Below are positions 16,084 to 24,430 of a DNA stretch of 50,194 bases, piece by piece. The stretch lies in the IMG/VR virus record IMGVR_UViG_3300014645_000001, one strand, 5' to 3'. The DNA comes from a virus. Both the position numbers and the translations under genes were made by a program. Each line of letters opens with the position of its first letter. Within the stretch, counting starts at the first letter, position 1. Under the pieces are notes generated by a model that made no database searches, was not told the DNA's origin, and saw nothing but the letters and a program-made list of their open reading frames with translations.

Positions 16084-18023
16084 TGCCCCGCGTCGATGAA
16101 ACCTCCTACGGCGCTCACGGGTTCACGGTGGACTGGTGGCGGGAACTCCCCGAGGCGTTCCGGGTCGCCGACCGTGCCCAGGGTGAGACCCTCGCCCCGG
16201 CCTGGGACGGCCTGAACCGTGACCCGCGTTTCGTGACTGGGTTCGACGGGTGGGACCGGGCAAACACCTCCACCCTGCCGTGGGTGGTGTCATTCACCAT
16301 GACCCGCACATTCAAGGTCACCCCCAACGTGCCCGTGCTCGTGCGCTCCTGGCACACCCCCTACCTGGCAGGCACCACCACAGTCGGCACCGTTGATGTA
16401 CGACACACCATCCGGGACTACACGGACGCGACCGTGGCCACCACCACAGGGAAGATCACCACTGAGCTCGGCACCCACGAAACGTGGGTGACCCCCGACC
16501 GGTTCGGGCAGCTCACCGTCGAAGTCAACGTCACCCTGAACATGGGCCAAACCAGTGTGACCCCCACCGCACGGGACACGATGGATGTGCTCGCCGCGAT
16601 CCACGTCGGCACCCGTGACGTGGCCTTCGGCGAACTCCCCGACCTGGCCTCGTTCACCATCAACAAACCCTACCCCCTGCTCAGGTTCATGGACGGTGTC
16701 GGGCACCAGGCCGGTTTCCTCGACGACCAGCTATCCCACATGTGGGACGGGGACACGTTCAACCCTGTTACCGCACCCGAGCAGTGGCTGCGTTTCCTGG
16801 GCACCATCATGGGCCTTCCCCGCACGTACATGGGACGGCTCACCCTCGCCCAGTTGCGCTCCCATCTGGTCGCGTTCGTCGAGAACGGGCGACCGCCGAT
16901 TGGGTCACGCCGTAACATCGCGGAGGTCGCGAAGCAGTGGCTTACCGGCGACAAGCAGGTCTCGGTAATCCCCGCCACCCAACTCCCCACCTGGAACGGC
17001 GGGGAGGACAAGGCACTGCTCACTGCGGTCAAGGGCGCGTCCAGCTCCGGCAAGGTCATCGTCTCCCCCACCGCACCTGTCCCGGACGTGGAGTACCGGT
17101 GGGCTGGTGCCCGTGGAGTGTCCCCCTCGATCATGCTCACCAACGGGTCGAAGACCGGTGAGAACCTGGAGCCAAACCCGAGGTTCGAGAAGGACACTGC
17201 AGGGTGGGCGATGACCGATGGCTCCATCCGGCGAGACACCAGCCGCTACCAGACCGGCGGCGGGTCCGCCATGATCCTCCCGAGCACCGGGAATGAGATC
17301 GGCACCGGGTGGAAGTTGTTCACAGACAGCCGCACCTACCCGGGTGCCACCACCGTGACCACCACCATGTGGGTGTACTCCCAGACACGCCGCTCCGTCG
17401 CCGTGCGTGCGTGGGGGTACGGTGGAGCACCCAACACCCAGGGCGACACCACCACCCTCACCCCCAACACGTGGACGCCAGTCACCGTCACCTACCCGGT
17501 GGACCCCCGGTACGTGTACCGGCACGGACTCGTCCCCGCAGCCGGGGATACCACAGCCGGGACAGTGTGGGTGGACCGGGTGTACACCGCCCGCGCCGAG
17601 TACAACACTGGCGGGTATTTCGACGGCGACAACCAGGACTCCACAGCGAATGACCTGTGGGTGAAACCGGGGTCACCGAACGTCGTGTGCGTGTGGGACC
17701 AACAGGCACGGTGGGTGCAGAAAACCGAGTTCCCCCAGGCGCTGATCGACGCCGTGGTGGACGCGAAACGCGGGGTGCGTTCCGTGTACACGCTGCTCAT
17801 GTTCGTGCGCGCTGATGAGCTCCCAGGCCGGGACCTGAAAGCGTTCCAAAAGTTCATGCAGGACTCCGGTGTGATCCCCGCCGGGCACCGGTTGGTGTGC
17901 CTCGAATCCCGGCCTACCTGGGACCAGTGGGAGAACGCGGTCGGACCCACCTGGGCTGATCTGGAATCCCGCACTAAGACCTGGACCGACAGTGAGTCGG
18001 CCGGCGTGAACCTCGACTTCTAA
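16083..18023 (+). CDS. baseplate/tail protein (gpI-like N-terminus) with central carbohydrate-binding-like jelly-roll
   Basis: ATGA-coupled to the J gene. The N-terminus reads WWRELPEAFRVADR. The central GENLEPNPRFEKDTAGW resembles the start of a CBM_4_9 module. Confidence 0.55.
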   Translation: MPRVDETSYGAHGFTVDWWRELPEAFRVADRAQGETLAPAWDGLNRDPRFVTGFDGWDRANTSTLPWVVSFTMTRTFKVTPNVPVLVRSWHTPYLAGTTTVGTVDVRHTIRDYTDATVATTTGKITTELGTHETWVTPDRFGQLTVEVNVTLNMGQTSVTPTARDTMDVLAAIHVGTRDVAFGELPDLASFTINKPYPLLRFMDGVGHQAGFLDDQLSHMWDGDTFNPVTAPEQWLRFLGTIMGLPRTYMGRLTLAQLRSHLVAFVENGRPPIGSRRNIAEVAKQWLTGDKQVSVIPATQLPTWNGGEDKALLTAVKGASSSGKVIVSPTAPVPDVEYRWAGARGVSPSIMLTNGSKTGENLEPNPRFEKDTAGWAMTDGSIRRDTSRYQTGGGSAMILPSTGNEIGTGWKLFTDSRTYPGATTVTTTMWVYSQTRRSVAVRAWGYGGAPNTQGDTTTLTPNTWTPVTVTYPVDPRYVYRHGLVPAAGDTTAGTVWVDRVYTARAEYNTGGYFDGDNQDSTANDLWVKPGSPNVVCVWDQQARWVQKTEFPQALIDAVVDAKRGVRSVYTLLMFVRADELPGRDLKAFQKFMQDSGVIPAGHRLVCLESRPTWDQWENAVGPTWADLESRTKTWTDSESAGVNLDF

Positions 18024-18031
18024 GGAGCATC

Positions 18032-19081
18032 ATGGCTGAACTGAACACTGACGGCAACATTGAGGTGTACCCGGGGCCCCGCGGTTTCTCCGTGGTGGAC
18101 GCGAAAGGCGACGGCACCAACGTCCGATTCGTCACCGACGAACCCCGCACCCTGAACCCCGTGCCTCTCCCCCCCGGTCCTCCGGGTAAGCGGGGTGCGG
18201 CTGGCGCACCGGGTGAAGCGTCCATCCGGGTGGACGACACCATCGGGTACCGGGTGTTCCTATGGCACCCCGCCACCGCCGCCGAGCAGATGGTGTACGG
18301 CGACACCGGGGTGCGTCGCCTCACGGACGGTTCCCTCGTGCGTCGCGTTGGCGCCCAGGTAGAGACCACCGTCACTGACACCACCACTCTCCCCGCCGGA
18401 TTCCGTCCGGCTATTGACGGCAACCGTGCCATGTTCAGCACCGCCGACCCCTGGCCCGCCGAACTCCCCGGCACCAAGATCACCGACCCGACCAAAATGC
18501 TCGGCCTGGAGGACTACGCTGCAGCCGTCACCAACGGTTACCCCGGCACCGCCGAGCAGTGGATGTCCGATCGCTATCGGGTGCTTCAGGACCCAGCAAG
18601 GGCTGCATTGGGCCAGGTCTACACCAGAACTGCTACGGGCGCCGCGTGGGCTGACCTTCCCCAAATCGGGGCAGGACCTTGGAAGAACATCACCTTGGAC
18701 GCGAACAACTGGAAGGTAGTCTCGCACCTCGGCTCCAGGGCGCAGACCCGCATCAACGGGGGCACCGTCGAATTCTACGGGTTCCTCACCCGCACCGGCC
18801 CCACCGCCGAGGCCGGCATGTGGGCCGCCGAAGGTGTCCGCATCGGGGTGCTCGCACCCGACTGCGCCCCCGCATTCAACATCGAGCTAACAGTGGTCAC
18901 CTACTCGGGTCGCGACGGTGACGCTGCCCGCCCCGTACCAGGGCGCCTCCACGTCTCCGACAAGGGTGTGGTGCAGTTGCTCGCGTTCTCCGATAACGGC
19001 AAGGAGAACAGCCTGATCGTGAAGCCCGGGGTGACCCAGGTGGGTATCACGGGGCTGTCTTTCCCCGCTCGGAACCAGTAA
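18032..19081 (+). CDS. minor tail / fibre protein with a short collagen-like stretch
   Basis: RBS AAGGAG. PLPPGPPGKRGAAGAPGEA is a Gly-X-Y run. It is the last gene of the + strand tail block. Confidence 0.5.
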   Translation: MAELNTDGNIEVYPGPRGFSVVDAKGDGTNVRFVTDEPRTLNPVPLPPGPPGKRGAAGAPGEASIRVDDTIGYRVFLWHPATAAEQMVYGDTGVRRLTDGSLVRRVGAQVETTVTDTTTLPAGFRPAIDGNRAMFSTADPWPAELPGTKITDPTKMLGLEDYAAAVTNGYPGTAEQWMSDRYRVLQDPARAALGQVYTRTATGAAWADLPQIGAGPWKNITLDANNWKVVSHLGSRAQTRINGGTVEFYGFLTRTGPTAEAGMWAAEGVRIGVLAPDCAPAFNIELTVVTYSGRDGDAARPVPGRLHVSDKGVVQLLAFSDNGKENSLIVKPGVTQVGITGLSFPARNQ

Positions 19082-19087
19082 GCTCAG

Positions 19088-19113
19088 GCGGCCCCGGATA
19101 ATTCCGGGGCCGC
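19088..19113. terminator. perfect 10-bp hairpin between convergent genes
   Basis: GCGGCCCCGG-ATAATT-CCGGGGCCGC lies between the fibre stop (19081) and the minus-strand HNH stop (19117). Confidence 0.6.
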
Positions 19114-19116
19114 AAG

Positions 19117-19854
19117 TCATGCAACACGATCTAGGTCGTTATGGGTATGAAGTTCCAACCGCTTCAGCCTTGCAGCTTCTCCTGCTTCTTCTGCTGTGTC
19201 ATAGGGCCCGCCATTCCAGGAAGTGTTGTTGTGTCCGACCTTCGCATACCAGACGCCTCTAGCCTTAGAGTAGTAAGCCCCCCGAAATCCACTGGTGTTC
19301 GCCGCATTGAGACCAGACACATTCTCGGAGTTCTGCTTGCTAGTGATCTCTCTAAGGTGAGATGGGCGGACACATGAACGGTTATGACAGCGGTGGTCTA
19401 ATACCATTCCTTTTGAAAGCTTCCCAACCTGATTTGAGTAGAGCCATCGATGAGCAAGACTACTGGTTCCGCGCTCACTGCTAGTGAAACGCCCATAACC
19501 TTTCTTGTCTCGGGCGCCCTCCCACACCCAGCACTGTCCAAGCTCAGGCGCATGGGGCGGAACGGTTCCTGTCTTGTTAACTTGGCACATAAAACGGTGC
19601 ATCCTAGATTCAGGCGCAGGTAAATCGGTTGTACCTGTTTTCCTGAGTCTGGCGAGGTGCATTCCGCAGAGGCCCCGTGCGTGGTGAGGTTTTCCGCAGT
19701 CCTCGAGGGTGCAAAGTTTACGGCGCTCCGGGAGCATGCTGATGCCTGGGTCCCCGTGGAGTCGCCACCGCCGATAATGTGTGGTGCACCAGCCGCGAGA
19801 CTTGTGTGGCCGGTCGCACCCGTCGAAGTTGCAGATCCTGGTACGCTTGTCCAT
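19117..19854 (-). CDS. HNH homing endonuclease (zinc-ribbon repeats + HNH + AP2-like C-terminus); the only minus-strand gene
   Basis: Starts at MDKRTRIC with RBS AGGAGGG. It has two C..GC......G.C..H repeats and the motif VLDHRCHNRSCVRPSHL. The region looks AT-richer than its surroundings. Confidence 0.8.
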   Translation of the reverse strand: MDKRTRICNFDGCDRPHKSRGWCTTHYRRWRLHGDPGISMLPERRKLCTLEDCGKPHHARGLCGMHLARLRKTGTTDLPAPESRMHRFMCQVNKTGTVPPHAPELGQCWVWEGARDKKGYGRFTSSERGTSSLAHRWLYSNQVGKLSKGMVLDHRCHNRSCVRPSHLREITSKQNSENVSGLNAANTSGFRGAYYSKARGVWYAKVGHNNTSWNGGPYDTAEEAGEAARLKRLELHTHNDLDRVA

Positions 19855-19880
19855 GTCGAACCCTCCTACGGTTCGTCCGT

Positions 19881-19914
19881 GCCCCGGCCTGCTGGAACAG
19901 GTGCGGGGCTTTCT
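19881..19914 (+). terminator. hairpin + TTTCT upstream of the inverted HNH gene
   Basis: GCCCCGGCCTG...CAGGTGCGGGGC forms an imperfect stem followed by TTTCT. It brackets the HNH cassette together with 19088-19113. Confidence 0.35.
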
Positions 19915-20107
19915 ATGTGTAGCACTAGTATAGCTCGCCAACCCGCTGGGTTGGGTGACATGGGCGCGGGGCCGGAGTGGTTCGTTGGCGGGGGATATGG
20001 TGGGGTTATGCCTGCTGTATCGTTTCCGCCTCGTGTAGCCCGGGGTCGTACTGGTCGGTCTGGCCGGCCTCAGCTTTCCGGCCCACCCCCAGTAAGGAGC
20101 AAGAACC

Positions 20108-21805
20108 ATGGCTGACAAGATTGTTGGGTTGCGCCCGGACGGCACCCTTAACCCTGAGACCATCGCCGCTGTCAAAGAGGTAGCCGGCACCGGCGGCGGG
20201 ACCGGGTCAGTGGTCGTCACTGATGACGGGGCGGGCACCTACACGGTGGGCGGCACAACCATTAGGGGACTCACCACCCAGGGGCAGCTCCCTGTCGTGG
20301 CGAAAAAGTACGTGGACGACGCGCTCGCAGGGAAAGCGAACACCACGCATACCCACACGTGGGCTGAGGTCACCGGCAAACCCACCACGTTCACCCCAGC
20401 GAAGCACACCCACACCACCGCGGATGTGACAGGGCTTGACACCGCGCTCGCCGGGAAAGCAGCTTTATCGCACACCCATTCATGGAATGACATCCAGGGA
20501 AAGCCAAATGACAACTCTGCGAGCAAACTGTGGGCGCGGAAACAGGCCCTAGGTGCGATGCTCGCCGTCCCGAAAGGCGCTGGCACTGAACGACCCACGG
20601 TCGTAGAGATTCGGGACACCGACGTAATGCCCTCTGGCGTGAATGTCCCCTACCTGGACGCAACCAACGTCCTTGGTACCACGAACATGACCATGTGGCG
20701 GCGTGACAGTGGCATGGAACCGATGGAATTTTTTTACGACGGAACCGAACTTGAGATCAAGTACGCCCTCACGGATGACAACGGCAAGTCCGGGCTTATC
20801 ACCGTGGACGGTGTACCCGCCCACGACGGCGTGCTCACCAACGGTTCGCTTACTGTGGGCGGCGACGGCTACCTGCATCTGAAGTGGGCTACGGCCCGCC
20901 GGCGCAGGGTGTGGATCATGATGCGTGGTGCGGCTGTACTTGAGCTGAAAACCACGTCGATCGGTAACCCTGTCCAGCCCGCACCGGCCTCATTGAACAC
21001 GGGTGTGGTGATTGATTCGTACGGCACAGGGACCCTGTACAGCGGCAATTACGATTCGTTGGTGTACAGGGTGTCCAGGAACTTGAACACCAGTGTGCTC
21101 ACCTCATATGGGCCCGGTTCGGGGTACACGTCCCCAGGTGCTTTCCAACAGAGGTTCGACGCGGACGCACGCCGTAACTATTTCAAGGCCGCAGCACCGC
21201 TTGACCTGCTCATGTTTTGGGGGTCCGTGAATGACAGCTCGGACCAGAGCGACACGGTGCTGACGCAAGCGTACCGGGACACGTGGACGGCGTACGCCGG
21301 CGACCACCAGGGCACCCCTATCGTAGTGTTCGGGGTGCAACCCACGGCGGCTACAACAACCGTCAGCGCCGGTATTTACAAGCTCAATAAGCTCATGTAC
21401 CAGGAGGCCGCGAAGCATCCTAATGTGGTGGGTTTCGTGGACATGCTCGGGGTGGCGAACACCACCGCTCAGCCTGCTGCTTGGTCTAGCGCATCAAAGT
21501 ATGGTCGCGGCGACCTCGTGTCGTTTGAGGGTTCATATTACAGGTGTGTGGTCCCGGCTGGGGCTAGTGTCACGGGTGCTTCGCAGGGGCCGTCATCGGG
21601 TGTGCACTGGCGACGTGTCACATGGTCCTTGTCTGGCACTGGGAACGCTGGGGCGGTGGCTAAGAATGGCACTCGTGACGTGTTCTTGTCGGCGGACAAT
21701 GTGCATCCGACGGTGCGCGGGCATGAGGTGTTGGGGAATTTGGCTTCGCAGGCGATCTTGCGGGTGCTTAACGCACCCACTGATTTCACTTACTTCAACG
21801 TGTAG
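20108..21805 (+). CDS. tail fibre with SGNH/GDSL-type esterase domain and CBM5/12-like motif
   Basis: Fibre repeats are HTHTWAEVTGKP, KHTHTTADVTG and SHTHSWNDIQGKP. SGNH blocks are IDSYGTG, GSVNDS and DNVHPT. The CBM-like motif is AAWSSASKYGRGDLVSFEGSYYRC. Confidence 0.65.
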   Translation: MADKIVGLRPDGTLNPETIAAVKEVAGTGGGTGSVVVTDDGAGTYTVGGTTIRGLTTQGQLPVVAKKYVDDALAGKANTTHTHTWAEVTGKPTTFTPAKHTHTTADVTGLDTALAGKAALSHTHSWNDIQGKPNDNSASKLWARKQALGAMLAVPKGAGTERPTVVEIRDTDVMPSGVNVPYLDATNVLGTTNMTMWRRDSGMEPMEFFYDGTELEIKYALTDDNGKSGLITVDGVPAHDGVLTNGSLTVGGDGYLHLKWATARRRRVWIMMRGAAVLELKTTSIGNPVQPAPASLNTGVVIDSYGTGTLYSGNYDSLVYRVSRNLNTSVLTSYGPGSGYTSPGAFQQRFDADARRNYFKAAAPLDLLMFWGSVNDSSDQSDTVLTQAYRDTWTAYAGDHQGTPIVVFGVQPTAATTTVSAGIYKLNKLMYQEAAKHPNVVGFVDMLGVANTTAQPAAWSSASKYGRGDLVSFEGSYYRCVVPAGASVTGASQGPSSGVHWRRVTWSLSGTGNAGAVAKNGTRDVFLSADNVHPTVRGHEVLGNLASQAILRVLNAPTDFTYFNV

Positions 21806-21818
21806 CGGGTGCTGGTGG

Positions 21819-21853
21819 GGCCCGGTCACCGCGCATGGTGGCCGGGCCTTTCC
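21819..21853 (+). terminator. intrinsic terminator ending the late/structural block
   Basis: GGCCCGGTCACC-GCGCAT-GGTGGCCGGGCC followed by TTTCC, 14 nt after the fibre stop. Confidence 0.6.
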
Positions 21854-22279
21854 GCATCTCCGTGCATGGTCACCTGCCCGTGTGCGCGCCTGGGAGGTGA
21901 CGGTGCTCCGGTTGCTCACCCTGGTGCGTGGAGACGCTTACGTGGGAACCTGTGGCCTGCTGGTGCGGTCCTACGGGTGGTGCGGCTCGTGGTGGTCCGG
22001 TCACTTCGTGTCGTCACACCCTGCCTGGTCAGGTAGGCGACATAGCAGCAGACAAAATTGGATTCATGATGCTGCTGCTGACGTTCCGTCAGGTGCGTGG
22101 GCAGGGAGCGACGATGTACGGGGGCGGCCCAGGATGCCGGCCTGGGATGGGGGTGGTCCGGTAGGCTGGTCCTGGCCCTGTCATGGCCCCTCCTGGACGG
22201 CTCCGCCTAGTTGGTTCCTTATGTAGATAGTAGGGAAGTCGATTCTGCCCCGGAATCACGGGGAAGTAGCCGACCTGGT

Positions 22280-22318
22280 TGTAGTCTCCACGCTACATAG
22301 TGTAGTGTGGAGACTACA
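22280..22318. promoter_or_regulatory. 39-nt near-perfect palindrome (putative operator) 15 nt upstream of the RepL-like gene
   Basis: TGTAGTCTCCAC-G-CTACA-TAG-TGTAG-T-GTGGAGACTACA. Further TGTAG/CTACATAG copies occur at 22221-22226, 22293-22300 and 22314-22321. Confidence 0.6.
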
Positions 22319-22332
22319 TAGGACGGAGGGGT

Positions 22333-22791
22333 ATGGAAGACGAATCGCAGCCAGTCTTCGACGACAACGGCGAGATAGTCGGGTACACCCCGCAGCAGGA
22401 CAGTAAGCCCCGCAAGAGCTACGGGCGGTCCTACTACATGGGGATGATTGATCGGCTGAATGACATCATGTTCGCCGAAGACATGACCAACGGTGACCGC
22501 GCCGTACTCGGAGCACTGCTACTGCAACTCGACTTCGACACCCCCCGGTTGAACCTAAACGCATCCGAGCTGGCACGACGGCTAGGAATGAACCGGGTCA
22601 CCGTATCCAGGTCCATCACCAAGCTCGTATCCCACGGAGCACTCATCCGGGTTCACGAAAGCGGCAACAACTACGCTTACTACATGGACCCTCACGTAGG
22701 GTTCCGAGGGAAGCAAGAAAGCTTCGAGCACGCGCAACGGCTTATCAACAACATCCTGTGGGACAGGCTGAACAGCAAGGGGACGAAATGA
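22333..22791 (+). CDS. RepL-like / MarR-like winged-helix DNA-binding protein
   Basis: The layout resembles the firmicute RepL family: YYMGMIDRLNDIM...RAVLGALLLQLDFDTPRLNLNASELARRLGMNRVTVSRSITKLVSHGALIRV...MDPHVGFRGK. RBS GGAGGGG. Confidence 0.5.
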   Translation: MEDESQPVFDDNGEIVGYTPQQDSKPRKSYGRSYYMGMIDRLNDIMFAEDMTNGDRAVLGALLLQLDFDTPRLNLNASELARRLGMNRVTVSRSITKLVSHGALIRVHESGNNYAYYMDPHVGFRGKQESFEHAQRLINNILWDRLNSKGTK

Positions 22792-23045
22792 GCAAGCAGG
22801 ACATCAGCCCGGAGGACGCCCGCCACCTCGTGGAGCTCGGCCGTCACCACCTATTCGAAGACAACTGGCGGCCCATGACGGTTGACAACGTCGCGTTCTG
22901 GTTGCGCATCCCTCGTCCCGACGCTTCCGCCCTTATGGATCGCCTCGTAGCGGCCGGCCTCGTGGAGCACCGCAAGGTGGATCTACGCGATCACCCCAAG
23001 GCCGATGTGATCGACACCGGGTTCGACATCTACCGGCTCGCCTGA
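22788..23045 (+). CDS. small winged-helix-like protein (85 aa)
   Basis: ATGA-coupled. ASALMDRLVAAGLVEHRK is a wHTH-like wing. Confidence 0.4.
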   Translation: MSKQDISPEDARHLVELGRHHLFEDNWRPMTVDNVAFWLRIPRPDASALMDRLVAAGLVEHRKVDLRDHPKADVIDTGFDIYRLA

Positions 23046-23072
23046 GCCCCCACTACTTAGGAGCACCACATC

Positions 23073-23636
23073 ATGAGCACTCCCCTGTACCCTCCCGCCA
23101 CCCCGACGCCAGCCCAGGAGCGGCCCGCCGGCCGGTTCCGGCGTGGCCTGGATCGTGTGATGAAACGGTCACTGATCGCGGGCCTGATCGGCCTCGTGCT
23201 GCTGGTGGCGCTGTTCTCGATTGGTCGGGCCGTGGATGGGCACCGTGAGCGCACCATCGAGAAGCAGGCAACCGCGCACTACGGTATCCCCGTGGACATC
23301 CCTGACGACATCGACCCGGCGTGGACGGGCGGTGACTACGTCTCACCCCGCGGTGTGGTCCTGAACTACCTGAACGACGACAAGGTCCAGTGGTTCAGCA
23401 TCCTCGGGTTCTCGGGCAATGTCGCGGACGTGACTGTAGAGGGTGACGATGTGATCATCTCGCTCAACGAGACGGCGTGGCAGATGACCACGGGCAGCCA
23501 GGTCGCGGCGATGTCGCATCAGAACGATGTGCTGCGTGTACTGCGCGGCCACTTGGGGAACAAGACCGTCGCAGCTATTGACCTGGTGGCGGTGCGCTCG
23601 GCGGACGGCGTGCTCCTGGGGTACGAGAAGTTGTGA
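23073..23636 (+). CDS. N-terminally anchored membrane protein (superinfection-exclusion-type candidate)
   Basis: RBS AGGAG. It has one TM segment (SLIAGLIGLVLLVALFSIG) and then a ~130-aa extracytoplasmic domain. Confidence 0.45.
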   Translation: MSTPLYPPATPTPAQERPAGRFRRGLDRVMKRSLIAGLIGLVLLVALFSIGRAVDGHRERTIEKQATAHYGIPVDIPDDIDPAWTGGDYVSPRGVVLNYLNDDKVQWFSILGFSGNVADVTVEGDDVIISLNETAWQMTTGSQVAAMSHQNDVLRVLRGHLGNKTVAAIDLVAVRSADGVLLGYEKL

Positions 23637-23676
23637 CCTGTGGTGGGTGACGATGTGATGAGTTAAAATAAGGGCA

Positions 23677-23711
23677 GCCCCCGAGAGTGTTGGAAGCACT
23701 CAATCGGGGGC
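23677..23711. terminator. hairpin with an A-tract on its 5' side (U-tract if read on the minus strand)
   Basis: GCCCCCGAGAGTG...CACTCAATCGGGGGC. Upstream on the + strand is TTAAAATAAGGG, so the element looks like a minus-strand or bidirectional terminator. Confidence 0.4.
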
Positions 23712-23748
23712 CTACCGAACTCCTAGGCAAGTAGGAAGGACGGCTGCG

Positions 23749-24357
23749 ATGCAGTCTACACGAACCTGTTCGTTCCCCGGATGTGACAAGCCATGCAAGG
23801 GGCATGGTCTCTGTGCCGGGCATTATTCCCAACGGCGAAGGGGGCAGGACCTCAGGCCGCTGTGGGCTGAACGGTTGCCGCCGCGTAAGCGTCCCCTAGC
23901 AGAGCGATTCTGGGCAAAGGTTCAGAAAACTGACGAGTGCTGGTTGTGGACTGCATCGGGTGACACCTCCGGGTATGGGCGAGTTGTAGTTGACGGGCGG
24001 TTGTGCGGCGCGCATCGTGTGTCCTGGGAGCTCGCCAACGGACCCATCCCAGAAGGAATGTTCATCGACCACATGTGCCACAACCGGCGCTGCGTGAACC
24101 CCGAGCATCTACGACTCGTAACCAACGCGCAGAACATGCAGCACCGTAAAGGCGCGCCACGCAACAGTAAATCCGGCGTACGCGGTGTTTCTTGGGACAA
24201 ACAGATGAAGGCCTGGTGCGCCTATGCCAGCCTGAATGGCCGCCAGTACTGGGGTGGCTATCACTTGACTCTCGAAGAGGCTGACGCTGCCGCCAGGACT
24301 CTTCGCGCCCAGCTACACACTCACGACGACTATGAACAATGGGTGGCACAAAAATAG
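23749..24357 (+). CDS. HNH homing endonuclease (+ AP2-like domain)
   Basis: Motifs CSFPGCDKPCKGHGLCAGHY, FIDHMCHNRRCVNPEHL and the C-terminal GVRGVSWDKQMKAWCAY. RBS GGAAGGA. The region looks AT-richer. Confidence 0.8.
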   Translation: MQSTRTCSFPGCDKPCKGHGLCAGHYSQRRRGQDLRPLWAERLPPRKRPLAERFWAKVQKTDECWLWTASGDTSGYGRVVVDGRLCGAHRVSWELANGPIPEGMFIDHMCHNRRCVNPEHLRLVTNAQNMQHRKGAPRNSKSGVRGVSWDKQMKAWCAYASLNGRQYWGGYHLTLEEADAAARTLRAQLHTHDDYEQWVAQK

Positions 24358-24370
24358 TCGTGTCAAAAAC

Positions 24371-24399
24371 TTGTAATCAAAAAATATTGCGTGTAGGCT
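24371..24399 (+). promoter_or_regulatory. sigma-70-like promoter TTGTAA-N17-TAGGCT
   Basis: An AT-rich patch between the HNH stop and the HTH gene. The -35 is at 24371-24376, the -10 at 24394-24399, with a 17-nt spacer. Confidence 0.45.
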
Positions 24400-24430
24400 C
24401 GTGGGTACGAGGACAGGGAAGGAGGAAGAT

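Noticed and set aside
19855-20238. The N-terminal 128 aa of the 373-aa minus-strand ORF 19117..20238.
   Set aside because: The extension is Pro/Arg/Thr-rich, overlaps the + strand fibre gene start and crosses a hairpin. The internal Met (19854) has a strong AGGAGGG RBS and begins the recognisable zinc-ribbon/HNH protein.
21423-21902. The alternative-frame ORF 21423..22226 as one long 267-aa gene overlapping the fibre gene 3' end.
   Set aside because: Its first ~160 codons are a shadow frame of the well-supported fibre gene. Only the part after the terminator (from GTG 21903) is kept as a low-confidence curiosity in the findings.
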